Origin: Selaginella moellendorffii
Taxonomy: Eukaryota > Plantae > Lycopodiophyta
NCBI RefSeq assembly: GCF_000143415.4
Contig: NW_003314358.1
Span: 134,001-198,000 of the forward strand
Length of the DNA stretch: 64,000 nucleotides
Direction: 5' to 3'
The translations under genes were made by a program, and so were the position numbers. This document shows, in pieces, positions 61,190 through 64,000 of the stretch (position 1 is the first letter of the stretch; every line of letters begins with the position of its first letter). The notes under the pieces were generated by a model. It was not told the DNA's origin. It was given only the letters and a program-made list of their open reading frames with translations, and made no database searches.

Positions 61190-64000
61190 TCAGACTGTTA
61201 TTTTTTGCCTCCAACGCCTATACAATAATCTTGGAATTTCATCACTCTCCACACTATCAGGATTTAAACCCAATAGTAATGCCATCTCTTCTCTAATACG
61301 TCCACGCTCATGTTCAGTGGTCGAAGAACCCATCCGGTTGAGCAGATTATGGAGATGCGGATAGTGCTTGGCTAGACAATATACATGCCATAAATGATGA
61401 CTGGTGTCTGTCCGATCAAATGGCTTCTGATATACCGTTCCATATGCCATTTAGTTGATTTCTGCAGCCACCTCCTGGACTAGCCGGTTCTCTATCACCA
61501 TCGCTCCAAGCCGTTTTGCAAGGTCCCCCAGAACATACGGTTTCTTCTCCCTAGTTTCCATACTGCAAGAGATGGGGTGCACTGCATATGTGTGCGTGTT
61601 TGCTGCAGTTTTAATCGGCGAGTCATCGATGATGAGGATTTCACTTGACCTAGCAGTCCGGTTCATCACTACAGCCTCTGGCTTGACGAAGATGGGCTTG
61701 CTTCCCCTCACATGGACCATAGTCAAGCAATCCTCCTGCGTTAGGAGAAAGTCAAATGGTAATATTACTCGCGTCTGATCGTGCATCATCTGTAGCAACG
61801 TTAATGCATTGTGGCGCATCATGGATGTCCAAACTCCCAATTGCAAATTGAACCCGGCCCTCTGTTTTAAATGTCGCATGGTCATTATTAGATCCCGCAG
61901 TTTCTCCCGTGTGATTAATGTGAATCTGTCTCTTTTGACCAACTTGCGACCGCAGGCTTTGGAGGGTGCAGTGACATTCGAGGACGAGCCACGCTCATGG
62001 GAGAAAAGGACACCGTTCAGATCAAAAACGATACAGTACTTTCGCCGTGATTCTGAAATGAAATGCGTCAGCATAAAAAATGGTACAAGTCAATTTTACC
62101 ATCTACAATATTAGCGAATGGTGCTCCCGATGGTCGTTCAAAGGGTTTTGGTCAAGGAAACGTGAAGGGCGGAAATACTCTCCTCTGCAATGTGGGGTCA
62201 ATCACATCCGATGGCGTGTGGGCACATGCCATTTTAGCTGTAGACTCTGGTACAACTGGCTCAACAGTGGCATGGGGTGGTTCCGATGGCGTGTGATCAT
62301 ACGCCATTTCAGCTGGTGCCTCCGTTGGCAAAGTGGACATGACCGAACAGGCAGCAGGGGCAGTGTAGGGAGGTTCCAACGGCGCGTAGTCAGACGATTG
62401 GGCACACGTTGAGTCCGTTGGAAATGAGGATACGACCGGCTCGGCGGCTGGGGCGGCCTCATGCGGGTCCAATGGCGCCTGGTCATCGTCAGTTGGATAC
62501 GTGGACAAGATTGACTCAGTGGTATGGGCAGCATCAAGTGGAGTGTGGTCAGCTTGCTTGGCGTTGATATGGATAGTAGCCTCCACCAGCTCTGATGACT
62601 CTTGCAGGCAAGTAGAGTCCACTGGCGGATCCATATGCATGTCCAAATATCTCCCTTCGATTGAGATGGTATCCTCCCTACTAGTTACTAAAAACAAACT
62701 CATTAGCACATTGAATCGACTATACTGTATTTACCATCAACTGCTATTGGGCGCACTACTGATTCTGAAGGATTGGACATACGTTTCGACCCTTGCTTGG
62801 CACTATCCTTCCTCGACACTAAAGGCTAGAGTTTGTATCTTAATTCAACTGAATAATCTCTACTTACCATTTGCTTTGCAACCTACATGGACAATGTTAG
62901 AAATGGTAAAAGGTTAAGAATGGATATACTATTATTTACCTAATGGTTTGTCTTGTATGACCTTCCTCCGCTGCTCTTTGGCCACCTCAGGCTGGCCATC
63001 GTCGTCATCATCGTCGTCGTCGTTATTGTGATCGTCACTATTGTGAGGACCATCCAAGTCCTCTTCGTCCTCCTCTTCTTTGTCCTCCTCTTCGTCCTTC
63101 TGCTCTTCCTGCTCATTATCTTTCTCTGGCTCCTCATCCCCCTCCTGCATTTCTTCTATAGGCTGCTCAGGCTGGATGGCTTGTTCTTCTAGGACCATCT
63201 TGGGAAAATCATCTAGCCGAGTCTCCATCTCAAAATACAAGACATCCATAGCCTGTTTTAGTGCGTGACCTAGGACCGTATCCTCACCCGACTGTCTTAA
63301 CATGGTTTCTGCACGTTCTTGCACCCTTCGAAGACGACGAGATGAGAAAAACGTGGCCCTGACTTGAAAAGCATCCCTCATCCATTGTACCTCTCCATTG
63401 AGATTGGGGAAGGGGAGTCCGCCATAGGAATCTGAGTCAGGAGGTGGTGACCGCGAGGCATTACCTATCATCTTTTCGTTGCCCTTCTTCCTTTTCGAAT
63501 CAAACGCCTCTGATCCCGACGACTGTCCAACGTGCTTTCGCTTTTTATGACCACTGTCAGTTTGAGCTTGGCTGGTGCTTGCCTGTTTTGCCTTTGAAGA
63601 AGTGTCTCCTGCAAGGAATGGCATGAGACCACACGCCATTGCAAATATAATTTGTACCTCCTTTTTTCCTATTGCTTGTCTGTTTGTCCTTCTTCGACGC
63701 GCCACCAGTGCGCTTTTCAGTCCTCGTGTCTGAATATTCACAACGATCTATAATCAAAATGGCGTGAGGCCTCACGTGACCTTACCTTGTGCAGGTTGTG
63801 AGCTCGGCCTAACATGGGTATCTTCAACAGTAGCTGTTAACGCCGTTTCAGCATCTGGGGGTGGCCACGCTCCTGCATACAGAGCTTGTGAGATAACATT
63901 TAAACTTAAAGTTTGTACTCACCAGGTTCGCAGAGAAGATACTGTTTTTCTTTGGCAACTGTAATTATATGCTTCATTGAAGTCACCTCTTCAATGGAGT
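61190..64000 (-). pseudogene. Multi-exon gene (5' end outside the window): basic/acidic region, Pro/Thr-rich linker and FCP1/NIF-like HAD phosphatase domain; two in-frame stops
   Basis: IVFDLNGVL, LGVWTSMMRHN, FLLTQEDC, KPIFVK and ILIIDDSPIK are FCP1-homology motifs. Frame continues past TGA at 62152-62154 to an intron at 62099-62053, and past TAA at 61451-61453. Confidence 0.7.

Overview
Eukaryotic land-plant nuclear DNA. Very short GT-AG introns, GC-rich exons and many intronless PLS-class PPR genes rich in AYAQNGH-type repeats point to a lycophyte such as Selaginella (inference, not a database match). Left half (1-31 kb) is gene-dense. It holds a 5-6 exon orphan gene, a BOR-type borate exporter with a long multi-intron uORF-rich leader, three PLS-class PPR genes, an intronless orphan with two putative beta-sandwich repeats, a SKIP35-like ankyrin gene, a conserved small Cys-motif gene and a secreted bulb-type lectin. 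The intergenic DNA is mostly 'abridged' copies of neighbouring genes: DNA-level, intron-containing copies shortened by many short deletions, often at microhomologies, frequently inverted and fused into mosaics. Right half (31-60 kb) is a Russian-doll stack of one apparently non-coding LTR element family inserted into itself, resolved by 5-bp TSDs. It also contains a foreign solo LTR, a complete 5S-rRNA-bearing Cassandra-type TRIM and an older decayed one. The window ends in a multi-exon FCP1/NIF-like HAD phosphatase gene with two probable C-to-T nonsense codons. All alignments were done by eye, so boundaries of degenerate features are approximate.
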